From contig OZ241868.1 in NCBI GenBank assembly GCA_965202905.1, positions 2,848,040-2,912,039 on the forward strand: DNA of 64,000 nt, in the 5' to 3' direction. The translations under genes were made by a program, and so were the position numbers. This document shows positions 38,826 through 48,527 of the stretch, piece by piece. How positions within the stretch are numbered: position 1 is the first letter of the stretch; each line of letters opens with the position of its first letter. The stretch is from Alphaproteobacteria bacterium. GTDB lineage: Bacteria > Pseudomonadota > Alphaproteobacteria > MPNO01. The notes below the pieces were generated by a model, which worked only from the letters and a program-made list of their open reading frames with translations, had not been told where the DNA came from and ran no database searches.

Positions 38826-39652
38826 AACCGGCCAAGTTCGACTACGCCCGGCCGGGCGACGTCCCGGAGGCGGTGCGCCTGCTGGGCTCGACCGGGGGGT
38901 TCAACAAGCCGCTCGGCGGGGGCATGTCGCTCGGCCCGATGATGAACCTGCGGCTCGCCCAGCCCGACCTCGTGGTCGAGATCCGCGGGATCGAGGCGCT
39001 CGGGCGCAGCGAGGACCGCGGCGATACGCTGTTCATCGGCGCCGGCGCGACGCACGCGATGATCGAGGACGGGAAGATCCCCGACGGCACCAACGGCATG
39101 ATGGGCTTCGTCGCCGGACAGATCGCCTACCGGGCGGTGCGCAATCGCGGCACCATCGGCGGCAGCATCGCCCATGCCGATCCGGCGGCGGACTGGCCGA
39201 CCGCGCTCCTGAGCCTGGGCGCCGATGCGGTCATCGCGGGTCCCGGCGGCGAGCGCCGGGTCGACCTGGCCGATTTCCAGCGCGCCGCGTTCACCGTCGC
39301 GCTGGAGCCCGATGAGATCGTCACCGGGCTCGCCGTCCCGAAACTCTCCGCGCAGGCGAAATGGGGCTACTACAAGATCTGCCGCAAGCCCGGCGAGTTC
39401 GCCGATTCGATCGGGGCCGCGGTCTTCGATCCGGCGCGCGGCTTCTGCCGCGTCGTCCTGGGCGCGACCGACGGCGCGCCGCTCCAGGTGCCGGCGCTCG
39501 CCGAGCGGATCGCGGGCTCGGGAAGTGGCGATGTCGGGATCGACGATGCGAAACAGGCGCTCGCCGGCCAGGGCGCGGTGTTCGACGACTACGATAGCCA
39601 GATCCATGCCGTCGCGCTCAGCCGGGCAATCAAGGGAGCATTCGCGTCATGA
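38822..39652 (+). CDS. Mo-hydroxylase FAD-binding subunit (CoxM-like)
   Basis: MKPAKFDYARP, GGMSLGPMMNLR, RNRGTIGGSIAHADP. Confidence 0.92.
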   Translation: MKPAKFDYARPGDVPEAVRLLGSTGGFNKPLGGGMSLGPMMNLRLAQPDLVVEIRGIEALGRSEDRGDTLFIGAGATHAMIEDGKIPDGTNGMMGFVAGQIAYRAVRNRGTIGGSIAHADPAADWPTALLSLGADAVIAGPGGERRVDLADFQRAAFTVALEPDEIVTGLAVPKLSAQAKWGYYKICRKPGEFADSIGAAVFDPARGFCRVVLGATDGAPLQVPALAERIAGSGSGDVGIDDAKQALAGQGAVFDDYDSQIHAVALSRAIKGAFAS

Positions 39653-40119
39653 GCGAGGTCTGCCTAACCATCAACGGCAGGGCCGTCAGCGCCTCGGTCG
39701 AGCCGCGCACCAGCCTGGCGGACTTCGTGCGCGAGAACCAGCGCCTGACCGGCACCCATCTCGGTTGCGAGCACGGCGTGTGCGGCGCCTGCACGGTGAT
39801 GATCGATGGCGAGCCGATGCGCTCGTGCATCACCTTCGCGGTGAGTTGCGAAGGGGCCACGGTGACCACCATCGAGGGTTTCGACGACGACGAGGTGATG
39901 GAAGACCTGCGCCAGGCCTTCACCGCGCATCACGGCCTGCAATGCGGCTACTGCACGCCCGGTATGCTGGTGACCGCGCGCGACATCGTCACCCGGCTGC
40001 CGGACGCCGACGAGAAGCGCGTCCGGCTGGAGCTGTCGGGCAATCTATGCCGCTGCACCGGCTATGTCGGGATCGTCCGGGCCATCCTTGCGGTTCTGGA
40101 CAAGCGCGCGGGCGCCTGA
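39649..40119 (+). CDS. Mo-hydroxylase 2Fe-2S subunit (CoxS-like)
   Basis: GCEHGVCGAC, QCGYCTPG, GNLCRCTGY. Confidence 0.93.
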   Translation: MSEVCLTINGRAVSASVEPRTSLADFVRENQRLTGTHLGCEHGVCGACTVMIDGEPMRSCITFAVSCEGATVTTIEGFDDDEVMEDLRQAFTAHHGLQCGYCTPGMLVTARDIVTRLPDADEKRVRLELSGNLCRCTGYVGIVRAILAVLDKRAGA

Positions 40120-40135
40120 GCCGAATCCGCGGTCC

Positions 40136-41021
40136 TCAGGACGGCGTCGCCCAGGCGCGCTCCTCGTGGCCCGGCGCGTAGGCCATGTTGGTCTGGTCCG
40201 GGTTGCGGTTGACCAGAGGCCGGGCATAGAGCGGGTGGGTCATCGAACGGATTTCGTGCTCGAGCGTGAACAGCACGTCGCCGCTGTCGACATCGGTGAT
40301 GTCCATGAACCGGTATTGGCGCCGATCGTCTTCTTTGCTGATCAGCCCGCGTTCGCCGAGACGGCGATAGGGTCCGGAGAAATCCGCGACGTAGATCTGG
40401 ATGTGATGGCCGTCATAGGGCGCTTCCGGCGCATCGGTTTCGCGGAACACCAGCGATTGGCCGACGCCGGCGCCGACGCAGGCGGCCGGCGCGTCCTCGT
40501 TATCCTCGACCGCCGTCGGGGCGCCGAAGACCGTCTCGTAGAACCGCGCGATGCCCGCGGCCGTTCCCGACGGGACGTCCAGGCGCACATAGGGCATGCC
40601 GAGCGAAACACGGCCGAACCGCTTTCCGGGGCCGTGCACCCGGAACCGGTTGCCCCACGGGCAGGTCACGTCGACATGGTCGCTGGCGGGGCCGTTGGCG
40701 GGCGTGAAATCGAAGCCGGTCGCGGCCAGCGGCTCGCGGACGCCGTCCAGCCGCGCGAGCAGGCCCATCGAGGTCCGGGCTGACGAGCCCGACCGCACCG
40801 CGCAGCCTCTGGGCGTCGCCCGTCGGCAGGTGGAGCTGGCTGCGCCCGACATTGATCCACATATTGGTCACCCCGGTCACCAGATAGGGATCGCGGGTGA
40901 GCCCGAGCCCGGTGACGTAGAACAGCGTCGCCAGCCTCTGATCCGGCACGCGCACGTTGACGTGCTCGAGCGCGACGATGTTGCCGACATCCTCGGCCGT
41001 TCGATCGAAGGTCTTCGCCAC
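40136..41021 (-). pseudogene. VOC/glyoxalase-like hypothetical gene with a single-base frameshift near 40765
   Basis: N-terminus LEHVNVRVPDQRLATLFY...PDLDG continues as LLARLDGV in another frame; one extra G in GATGGGCCTG (minus strand). Confidence 0.65.
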
Positions 41022-41219
41022 GGTCCATCCCCCGGCTGGTTGCGGTCTCGATACCGGAAGCCTGGCAGCGTCCGGCGGTTGGATGTAGTCCACGCTCCGG
41101 CCGACAATCGGGACCGCCAGCCAGAGGGCGAGCGACAGCGCCCCGGCGCTCCGCAACCTCGTCGTCGTCGTCGGCGGCGGTAAGAAGGAGCCCGGCGTCC
41201 GCCCGCCACTCCCGACGTG

Positions 41220-41852
41220 TTACGCGCCGGGCTCTGCGCCGAGCTTCTCGAGCACCGCCTCGACCTCCGGCCGGTCGCGGTAGTCGCGGCTGGAGAACCG
41301 GTGGCGGACGATGCCCTCGGCGTCCAGCACGACGATCATCGGCTTGGCGAAGCCGTACCACCGGCTGGTCTTGGGCGCGCTCGGGTCGATCAGGCCGAAT
41401 GCCGAGATGATGCGCGAACCCTTGTCCGAAAGCAGGGGGTAGGCAATCCGCCTGCGCTCCGCGAAGTCGGCGAGTCTGGACGCAACATCGTAGGTGACCG
41501 CCGCCAGCGCGTAGCCGAGCCGCATAACCTCATGGATCTGTCGATTCCAGGCGACCGCCTGGGACTTGCAGTGGGGTCACCAATCGAAGGACCGGGAGAA
41601 TATCAGGATCAGCCCGCGCTTGCCGCGCAGCGACCGGAAGTCGCGCTCGACCCCCATGTGATCGTTGGCGACGATCAACGCCGTAACGTCGGCGCCGATC
41701 TCCGGTCCGAGATCGAGCCGATCGACGGCGTCGGCGGCCTGCGCCGGCGGGCCGACGAGCCCGCCGATCGTCAAAGCCGCCAGCGCGACAGCGAAAGCGG
41801 TCGCCCGCAGCAGCGCCCCGGCCCGATTCGACCGCGCCCGATTTGACCGCAT
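41220..41852 (-). CDS. Exported peroxiredoxin/AhpC-TSA-like selenoprotein (UxxC, UGA at 41579-41577)
   Basis: Signal peptide; LIFSRSFDW-UGA-PHCKSQ continues in frame to YPLLSD; SECIS-like hairpin CCAGGC-GGTC-GCCTGG. Confidence 0.88.
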
Positions 41853-41915
41853 CGATCTCTCCGCGTTAAGATGCGCCGTAGCCACGGCCGGAGCATGTAT
41901 GACCGGCCGGGAATT

Positions 41916-41933
41916 CATAATCAATTGATTGTG
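41916..41933. promoter_or_regulatory. AT-rich palindromic operator candidate in a divergent promoter region
   Basis: CATAATCAATTGATTGTG, near-perfect inverted repeat in high-GC DNA. Confidence 0.45.
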
Positions 41934-41987
41934 AGAAGTCGTGCGTGGATCGCAGAAGTCGTGCGCGGATCGAGCCGGTCGAGGGCG

Positions 41988-42713
41988 ATGACAGGCGGTC
42001 CCGATATTCTGGCGCAGATCGACCGGTCGCTGTCGGCGACCGGGTTGTTCGTGCGCGGCGGGTTCCAACCGCAGCCCGCCGACGGCGTGCCCGACTTGGC
42101 CGACGGTCGCCCGGCGCGGACCGTGGTCCTGATCGGCAATGCCGGCGGGGCTCTGTGGCGCGCCTTCGCCGCGGCGCGCGCCCGGGAGCCAGGCGCCTTC
42201 GATCCGCGTCACCCCATGGACCGATGGATGCGGCCGCGCATCGAAGCCGCTGCGGCCGCGCTCGGCGCCGAGCCGGTCTTTCCCAATGACGGGCCCCCGT
42301 TCGTTCCGATCCTCGATTGGGCCCAGCGCGCCGAGCCGGTCTACCGCTCGCCCATCGGCATCGTGATCCACCCCGAATTCGGTCTGTGGCACGTCTACCG
42401 CGCGGCGCTGCTGTTCGCCGAGCGACTGGATGTCGGGGCGCGCGAGGACCGGCCGAGCCCGTGCGAGACCTGCGCCGAACGGCCGTGCCTGAAGGTCTGT
42501 CCGGTGGACGCGTTCGAGCCCGACCGGTTCGCCGCCGAACGCTGCGCCGGCCATGTCGAATCCGCGGCCGGCGCGGCCTGCCGGGAGCGTGGCTGCCTGG
42601 CGCGGCGGGCCTGTCCGGTGGCCCCGGAAATGCGCTATCCGCGCGACGCCCAGGCCTTCCACACCGCGGCGCTGCTCGGCGCCGTCCGGCGCGGCTTCGG
42701 CGCCGCCCGATGA
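41988..42713 (+). CDS. 4Fe-4S protein with CblC/MMACHC-like motif
   Basis: VVLIGNAG, IHPEFGLWHVYRAAL, CETCAERPCLKVCPV, GCLARRACP. Confidence 0.75.
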   Translation: MTGGPDILAQIDRSLSATGLFVRGGFQPQPADGVPDLADGRPARTVVLIGNAGGALWRAFAAARAREPGAFDPRHPMDRWMRPRIEAAAAALGAEPVFPNDGPPFVPILDWAQRAEPVYRSPIGIVIHPEFGLWHVYRAALLFAERLDVGAREDRPSPCETCAERPCLKVCPVDAFEPDRFAAERCAGHVESAAGAACRERGCLARRACPVAPEMRYPRDAQAFHTAALLGAVRRGFGAAR

Positions 42714-43150
42714 CCGGCCGCAACTTCCACAGCGACAACGTCGCGCCTTCCACGGCGACAACGTCGCGCCGGTCCATCCCGACGTGATGGCCGCGATCGC
42801 GCGGGAGAATGATCGCGCAGGTGAATGACGGACCCTCCTCGTCCTGCGGTGCGGACGCGGTCTCGGCTCGGCTCGATGACCCGGTGGGCGACATCTTCGG
42901 CGCCGATCTGCGGATCGCGCCGGCGGCCAGCGGCGTCGCCGCCAACGCGCTTGCGCGCGCCTCGGCTGCCCGCCGTCGGCGATCACGGCCGAGGCGGGCA
43001 TCGACGCGCTGGCGATGGGAACCTCCAGGAACGGCGCGCTGAATGCCGAGGCGGTGGTCTTCTTCGACACGGCGCTCGCCGAGGGCCTGGGTCCGATGCG
43101 CAAGCGCTCGGGTCATTTCTATTCGAAGATGCGCTCTCCCGGCGCCCTCG
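42710..43150 (+). pseudogene. Degraded low-specificity threonine aldolase gene
   Basis: NFHSDN...HPDVMAAI, GVAANALA, AEAVVFF, RKRSGHFYSKMR spread over several frames with a large internal deletion. Confidence 0.7.
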
Positions 43151-43151
43151 T

Positions 43152-44141
43152 TCAGCCGTCTCGCTCCGCCGCCATCCGCTCGCGCCGTCGTGTCATGCGT
43201 TGGGCGAGGCTCGCTGCGGCGCCCGGGCGGCTCCAAGGGCAGACGGCGATGCAGATCCCGCAGCCCTGGGTGTCGTTGAAATAGGGGATGCACTTGTCGA
43301 AATCGACGTACCAGCGCTCGACGCCGCGGACCCACTGACGCTCGCGGTGGATGGCGTCGGGCGGGCAGGCAGCGGTGCAGACCCGGCAGTTCAGACAAAA
43401 ATCGTCGGCCCCGAAGACCTCGGGCGCATCGGCGACCAGCGGCATGTCGGTGAGGACCCCGGCCAGCCGGAAGGCGGAGCCGTACTCGCGATTGATCATC
43501 GAGCCGTGCTTGCCGAGCTCGCCCAGCCCGGCCGCGATCGCCGCCGGGATCAGGGTGACCGGGCCGGCCGTCGGCCCGCCGTGCGGGCGTGCGTGATAGC
43601 CTTCGCCCTGGATGAAGTTCGCGACCGCGCGCGCGGCGCGGGTGCCGCGATTGTACTGCGCCATCGTCTCGACCGCGGCGTCGATCCCGGGCGCCTTGGC
43701 GAGCTCGTCATGGTCCATCGCGACCCCGATCATGACGATCCAGGGCTCGGCGGCCTCGAAGCCGTCGAAAATCCACTCGGGGTCGAGCGCGGCGATACCC
43801 ACGAGATCCGCCTCGCCGGCGAGCGCGCGGGCCTTTACGCGTGCGCTCCACTCCTCCGGGGTTGCGGTGCTCGGCGCGTCCGGTTTCCGCGGCGCCTGCT
43901 TTGCGCCGCGTCCGCCGTATTTGAGATGAAAATCCTTGAGCGGCTCGTGCGCCTCGAACTGCTCCATGTAGTAGTCCTGCAGCGCCTTGTGCGGAATGTC
44001 GGCGGTGTAGTGCCAGTAGACCGGGCTCGGCCGTCGGCGGGTGCGCTCGCCCCGGCCGTTGACGGCGTTGCCGGAAATGTCCGGGAACAGCCGAAGCTGG
44101 CGCTCCGGCGGCCGGTAGACCGGCTTGGGCGGTTTGGCCAT
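43152..44141 (-). CDS. Reductive dehalogenase/QueG-like Fe-S protein
   Basis: ADLVGIA, AAIAAGLGELGKHG, RLAGVLTDMPL, CLNCRVCTAACP, CGICIAVCPW. Confidence 0.78.
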   Translation of the reverse strand: MAKPPKPVYRPPERQLRLFPDISGNAVNGRGERTRRRPSPVYWHYTADIPHKALQDYYMEQFEAHEPLKDFHLKYGGRGAKQAPRKPDAPSTATPEEWSARVKARALAGEADLVGIAALDPEWIFDGFEAAEPWIVMIGVAMDHDELAKAPGIDAAVETMAQYNRGTRAARAVANFIQGEGYHARPHGGPTAGPVTLIPAAIAAGLGELGKHGSMINREYGSAFRLAGVLTDMPLVADAPEVFGADDFCLNCRVCTAACPPDAIHRERQWVRGVERWYVDFDKCIPYFNDTQGCGICIAVCPWSRPGAAASLAQRMTRRRERMAAERDG

Positions 44142-44182
44142 GTCATCCCCGCTCTGTTGACGCCGTGTTGACGCCGTTACCG

Positions 44183-44929
44183 TCAGGCTAACCCTTTTCG
44201 GATCAGGTTCGCACCGACGATCATCAGGAAGACGAACACCCCCTTGGAAAAGACCTCCGGCGACAGCCGGCAGCGTATCGCCTGGCCGAACCACATCCCG
44301 GCCAGCGAGGGGATCAGCGCGGCTGCGCCGATCGGAGCGGTGGTCGCATTCAGCGCCCCTTCGTCGATCAGGGCGGCGGCCCAGAAAAAAGACGTCAGGA
44401 AAAACGAAAGGCTGATTGCCTGGAGAAAGGTCTCCCGGTCGAGCGCCAGCGCCTGGAAATAGATCGCGATCGGCACGCCGATCGATCCGGTCAGTCCGGT
44501 CAGCACGCCGGAGAAGAAACCGACGACAGGCGACGCCAACCCCTCGCGCCGGACCGGCAGGCGAACTCGGACGGCGAAGACGTTCATCAGGGAATAGAGG
44601 ATGATCACAACGCCGAGGCCGGCGCCTGCCAGGCTCTGGTCGACGATGAACAGCAGCGCCGTGCCGCCCCAAACGCCCGCCGCAAGCGTGAGGTTGAGCG
44701 ACCAGAACCGACGGAACAGCGCGAGCGCGGCGCCGCCCTGAAGGACCTGCCACAGGTTGGTCGCCATCACCGGGATGATGATCAGCGGCATCGCCTCGCG
44801 GACGCCGATGACGACGGTGAGCACCGAAATCGCGGTCAGCGGCAGACCGAGCCCGATGACTCCCTTGACGCAGCCGGCGAACAGGAAGGCCGCGAGCGCC
44901 GTCGCGATGGCGATCGGCTCAAGCGGCAT
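44183..44929 (-). CDS. TauE/SafE family membrane exporter
   Basis: AGCVKGVIGLG, SGVLTGLTG, many TM helices. Confidence 0.85.
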   Translation of the reverse strand: MPLEPIAIATALAAFLFAGCVKGVIGLGLPLTAISVLTVVIGVREAMPLIIIPVMATNLWQVLQGGAALALFRRFWSLNLTLAAGVWGGTALLFIVDQSLAGAGLGVVIILYSLMNVFAVRVRLPVRREGLASPVVGFFSGVLTGLTGSIGVPIAIYFQALALDRETFLQAISLSFFLTSFFWAAALIDEGALNATTAPIGAAALIPSLAGMWFGQAIRCRLSPEVFSKGVFVFLMIVGANLIRKGLA

Positions 44930-44972
44930 GGCTCGGTTTGCGCGGCGGCGCGGGCCCGGCTAATTTCGCCCC

Positions 44973-45782
44973 ATGCCGCTCAGCCCTCAGCTTCGCCATC
45001 TGATCGAGACCGCCGCGCCGCTGTTCGCCGGCGAGGCGGAGGTGGTCCGCACCTACTGGGAGTCTCCGGTCCGCACCCGGGAGACCGATCTCCGCTGGCT
45101 CGAACTCCAGGTCTTCAAGGAGTTCAAGGGCTCCGGAGTCGGAGACTTCGACAATCGCGGCGTCATCATGGGCCCGCTGACCGAGACGCTGGATCTGCTG
45201 CCGCGGATGGATGTCGCGCCCGGCGTCACCCGGCACCGCATCCGCGGCCTCCTCGAGGGGCTTTACCAGGAGTTCACCCATCTGGTCGCATTCGCCGACG
45301 TCTACGACGCGATCCGGCCGGAGGGCGCGCCCCCGCTCGACCCCCATCGCTGCGCCGGCTGGCCCGAGGACGACATGCTCACCCGGCTGCGCTATCGCAC
45401 GCTTGCGGAGAACGGCGAGATCGGCCGGCGCGCGAGCAAGTTCTCCGAAGGCGGGTACTGCACGCTGTTCCGCGAAGGCATGGCGATCGCCGGCCGCGGC
45501 GGCGCCGATGCGCTGATCGCCGAGGCCTGCGCCCTGGTCTACGAGGACGAGTTCGCGCACATGCTCGAGGGAATCGTCGGGCTCGACGATACGGGGATGG
45601 CCGACGCCGACTGGACGCGGATGGAGGCGCTGGTCGTCGATCTCCTCAAGGCGCGGGTGCGGATGCGCAATGGGCAGTTCTCCCGCCCGCTCAGCCCCGC
45701 GCGCGTGGCCGGGATCGACGCCGGCCGCATCGCGCCGGTCGCCTTCGACTATGACCGCGCCGAGGCCCTCATCGGCCACTGA
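44973..45782 (+). CDS. Hypothetical protein with ferritin-like ExxH motifs
   Basis: QEFTH and DEFAH motifs; helical character; coding-like codon usage. Confidence 0.6.
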   Translation: MPLSPQLRHLIETAAPLFAGEAEVVRTYWESPVRTRETDLRWLELQVFKEFKGSGVGDFDNRGVIMGPLTETLDLLPRMDVAPGVTRHRIRGLLEGLYQEFTHLVAFADVYDAIRPEGAPPLDPHRCAGWPEDDMLTRLRYRTLAENGEIGRRASKFSEGGYCTLFREGMAIAGRGGADALIAEACALVYEDEFAHMLEGIVGLDDTGMADADWTRMEALVVDLLKARVRMRNGQFSRPLSPARVAGIDAGRIAPVAFDYDRAEALIGH

Positions 45783-46728
45783 GTCGGCCACCGAGACCGT
45801 CGCCGATGTCGGCGTTCTCCGAGACCAGCGCATGCCCCGCCGCTTCGGCCTCGTGCTGCAGCATGATCGAGAAATCGATGTCGGTATGGCCATGGCCGAC
45901 GACCGCCGAAACGATCTCCCGGGTGAGCGCGGTCACCGGCATCGGCACGTCGAGCGCCTTGCCGAGCGCGAGGCCGAGGTCCAGATCCTTGCGGAGCAGC
46001 GGCGGCGTGAAGGTCGTGGTGTAGTCGAGGTTGACGAACGCCGGCGTCTTGTAGCGGGTGAAGGTCGAGCCCATGACCGAAGCGTTCATGAACTCCAGGA
46101 ACGCCTCGCGCGAGACGCCGGCGCGCTCGGCCAGCACCGTGATCTCGGCCATACACTGGGTGACCACGCCCAGCATCACGTTGTGGCAGATCTTGCAAGT
46201 CCGGGCCGAATCGCCTTCGCCGACATAGGTCACGCCCGAGGGCGCCATCGCGGCCAGCATCGGCCGGACCTCGTCGAAGACCGCGCGCGGACCCGAGGCG
46301 ACGATGGTCAGGCGCCCGGCCTCGACCACCTTGCCGTTGCCGCTGACCGGCGCGACCAGGAACACCGCCCCGCGATTTTCGAGCGCCGCGCGCACGTCCC
46401 GGGAGGCCTCCTCGTCGACCGAGGAGCAGTCGACGACAATGCGCGGCGTCGCCGCCCCGTTCGACAGCAGCCCCTGAGGCCCGGCGATCACGCTGCGCAG
46501 ATCGTCGGGTCCGGCGACCATGGTGAAGACCACGTCCCGGTCGGCAAGGGCGGCCGGGGCGTCGACGATCGCGCCGCCGGAGCCTGTCAGCGGCTCGGCC
46601 TTGGCGCGGGTGCGATTGTAGACGCTCACGTCGTATCCGGCCTCGAGCAGCAAGCCCGCCATCGGAAATCCCATCCGGCCGGCCCCGATCCAGCCGACGG
46701 TCGCGGAGTCGCTGGCGCTGTCGGTCAT
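45769..46728 (-). CDS. NAD(P)-dependent beta-hydroxyacid dehydrogenase (3-hydroxyisobutyrate DH family)
   Basis: GWIGAGRMG, YNRT, APVSG, KICHN, LLRKDL. Confidence 0.88.
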   Translation of the reverse strand: MTDSASDSATVGWIGAGRMGFPMAGLLLEAGYDVSVYNRTRAKAEPLTGSGGAIVDAPAALADRDVVFTMVAGPDDLRSVIAGPQGLLSNGAATPRIVVDCSSVDEEASRDVRAALENRGAVFLVAPVSGNGKVVEAGRLTIVASGPRAVFDEVRPMLAAMAPSGVTYVGEGDSARTCKICHNVMLGVVTQCMAEITVLAERAGVSREAFLEFMNASVMGSTFTRYKTPAFVNLDYTTTFTPPLLRKDLDLGLALGKALDVPMPVTALTREIVSAVVGHGHTDIDFSIMLQHEAEAAGHALVSENADIGDGLGGRLSGR

Positions 46729-46796
46729 GTCGGCCGGTCTCCTCGTCATCGTGGCTTTGGCGCAGGGTGCGACGCAGGGTGCACGACTGGACCCGG

Positions 46797-48446
46797 TTAC
46801 GCCAGACCGAATCCCGGCAGTTCGTCGGCGGCGAAATCGGGCGCGGTCGGGCCGAAGGGGATTTTCTCGCCCGGCCGGCGCGGCGGCGCGGGCGGCCTGG
46901 CCAGCGCGACCTCGGCGGTCAGCATCATGCCGGCGACCGAGACCGCGTTGCGCAGCGCCGCGCACACGACACTGAGCGGGTCGGCGATACCGGCGTCGAT
47001 CAGGTCCTTGACAACGCCGTCGGAGGCATCGAACCCGAGATCGCGATCGTCGCTTTGCGCAACCGCCGCGACGACGGTCCTGCCGGGCGCGCCGGCGTTG
47101 TCGGCGATCTGACGCAGCGGCGCCGCAAGCGACGCGGCGAGGACCCGCGCGGCGGACCCGTCGGCGGAAAGCGCGCGCGCGGCGTGGAGCAGGGCCGCGC
47201 CGCCGCCCGGCACCACGCCGCCGGACAGCGCCGCCCGGGCGGCGCGTGCGGCGTCGCGCGCGCTCTCGCAGCCGATGGCGATCTCGGCTTCCGAGGCGCC
47301 GCCGACCTTCACCATTGCGACACCGCCGGACAGCCGCGCCAGCCGGTCTTCGAGAAGCATGCGGTCGTAATCGGTCCGGGCCAGAGCCGCCGCGTTGCGG
47401 AGCTCGGCCCGGCGGTCGGCGATCAGGGCCGGATCGCCGTCGCCATCGATGATCAGCGTCTCGTCCTTGGAGAGCAGGATACGCCGTGCGCCGCCCAGGA
47501 CCCCGGCGCCGACTCGGGCGAGCGACAGACCCTTGTCGGCGGCGACGACCCGGGCGCCGGTCAGCGTCGCCGCATCCTCCAACGCCGCACGTCGCCGCTC
47601 GCCGAAATGAGGCGCGCGCGCGGCGACCAGCCGCAGCCCGCCGCGGATCTTGTTGGCGGTCAGAGTCTGGAGCGCCTCGCCCTCGATCGTCTCGGCGATC
47701 ACGGCAAGCGGCCGGCGGGTGCGCACCGCGGCTTCGAGCAGCCGCAGCAGCGGCTCGTGCCGGTCGAGCTTGCCGTCATGCAGCAGGAGCAACGGCCGGT
47801 CGTACTCGCACAGCAACGTGTCCGGGTCGGTCATGAAATAGGGGCTCGAATAGCCCTGATCGAAGCGGATGCCGCGGACGATCTCGAACCCCGTCTCGCG
47901 CCCCTGACCCGACTCGACGGAGACGACGCCGTCGGCGCCGACCGCTTCGACCGCCGCCGCGGCGATCGCGCCGATCCCGGCGTCGCCGCCGGCGGCGGCC
48001 GTGGCGGTGCGGATCAGCGCCGCCCCGGGCCCGACCGGCCTCGCCGCGTCTGCGAGCGCCGTCAGCACCGTTCGACCCGCGCGGTCGAGACCGGCCTTGA
48101 GCGCCAACGGATCGAAGCCGGCCGCGACCAGCTTCAGCCCTTCGTCCAGGATAGCCGCGGCGAGCACGGTTGCGGTCGTCCGGCCGTCGCCCGCCTCGTC
48201 CGCGGTGCGGGTTGCGGCCCGGCGGACCAGCCGCGCGCCCATATCCGCGAAGCGGTCGGCAAGCTCGATCTCTTCGGCGATGCGCGCGCCGTCCCGTGTC
48301 GGCCGCGGCGCGCCCCCGCCGCCCTCGATCAGGACTGTCCGGCCGGCCGGGCCCAGGCTCACCCGCACGGCGTCCGCCAGGACGCGCGCGCCGGCGATCA
48401 GCCGGAGACGCGCCGCGCCGCCGAACGCCAGACGGCCGGCCGACAC
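46797..48446 (-). CDS. Divergent GroEL/Cpn60 paralog
   Basis: LADAVRVSLGPAGR, AGDGRTTATVLA, FDQGYSSPYF, RAPHFGERR, GVVPGGG; no GGM tail; no adjacent groES. Confidence 0.85.
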   Translation of the reverse strand: MSAGRLAFGGAARLRLIAGARVLADAVRVSLGPAGRTVLIEGGGGAPRPTRDGARIAEEIELADRFADMGARLVRRAATRTADEAGDGRTTATVLAAAILDEGLKLVAAGFDPLALKAGLDRAGRTVLTALADAARPVGPGAALIRTATAAAGGDAGIGAIAAAAVEAVGADGVVSVESGQGRETGFEIVRGIRFDQGYSSPYFMTDPDTLLCEYDRPLLLLHDGKLDRHEPLLRLLEAAVRTRRPLAVIAETIEGEALQTLTANKIRGGLRLVAARAPHFGERRRAALEDAATLTGARVVAADKGLSLARVGAGVLGGARRILLSKDETLIIDGDGDPALIADRRAELRNAAALARTDYDRMLLEDRLARLSGGVAMVKVGGASEAEIAIGCESARDAARAARAALSGGVVPGGGAALLHAARALSADGSAARVLAASLAAPLRQIADNAGAPGRTVVAAVAQSDDRDLGFDASDGVVKDLIDAGIADPLSVVCAALRNAVSVAGMMLTAEVALARPPAPPRRPGEKIPFGPTAPDFAADELPGFGLA

Positions 48447-48527
48447 CGTCTACCGTCCCGGCTTCCCGGCGCGGCGGCGCCGGGGGGAGCAGCGCCGGGG
48501 CGCCCAGGTCATCTCACCCGCACGCGA

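Noticed and set aside
36486-40119. Aerobic CO dehydrogenase
   Set aside because: The loop is PYRGVAR rather than form I AYxCSFR, the order is L-M-S, and no cox accessory genes are present.
41853-43103. Upstream part of the 508-aa ORF 41577..43103
   Set aside because: Antisense to the Fe-S gene and aldolase remnant; only the last ~92 codons belong to the selenoprotein.
46797-48446. Housekeeping groEL
   Set aside because: Altered ATP-binding motifs, no groES, no GGM tail and no CIRCE element seen.
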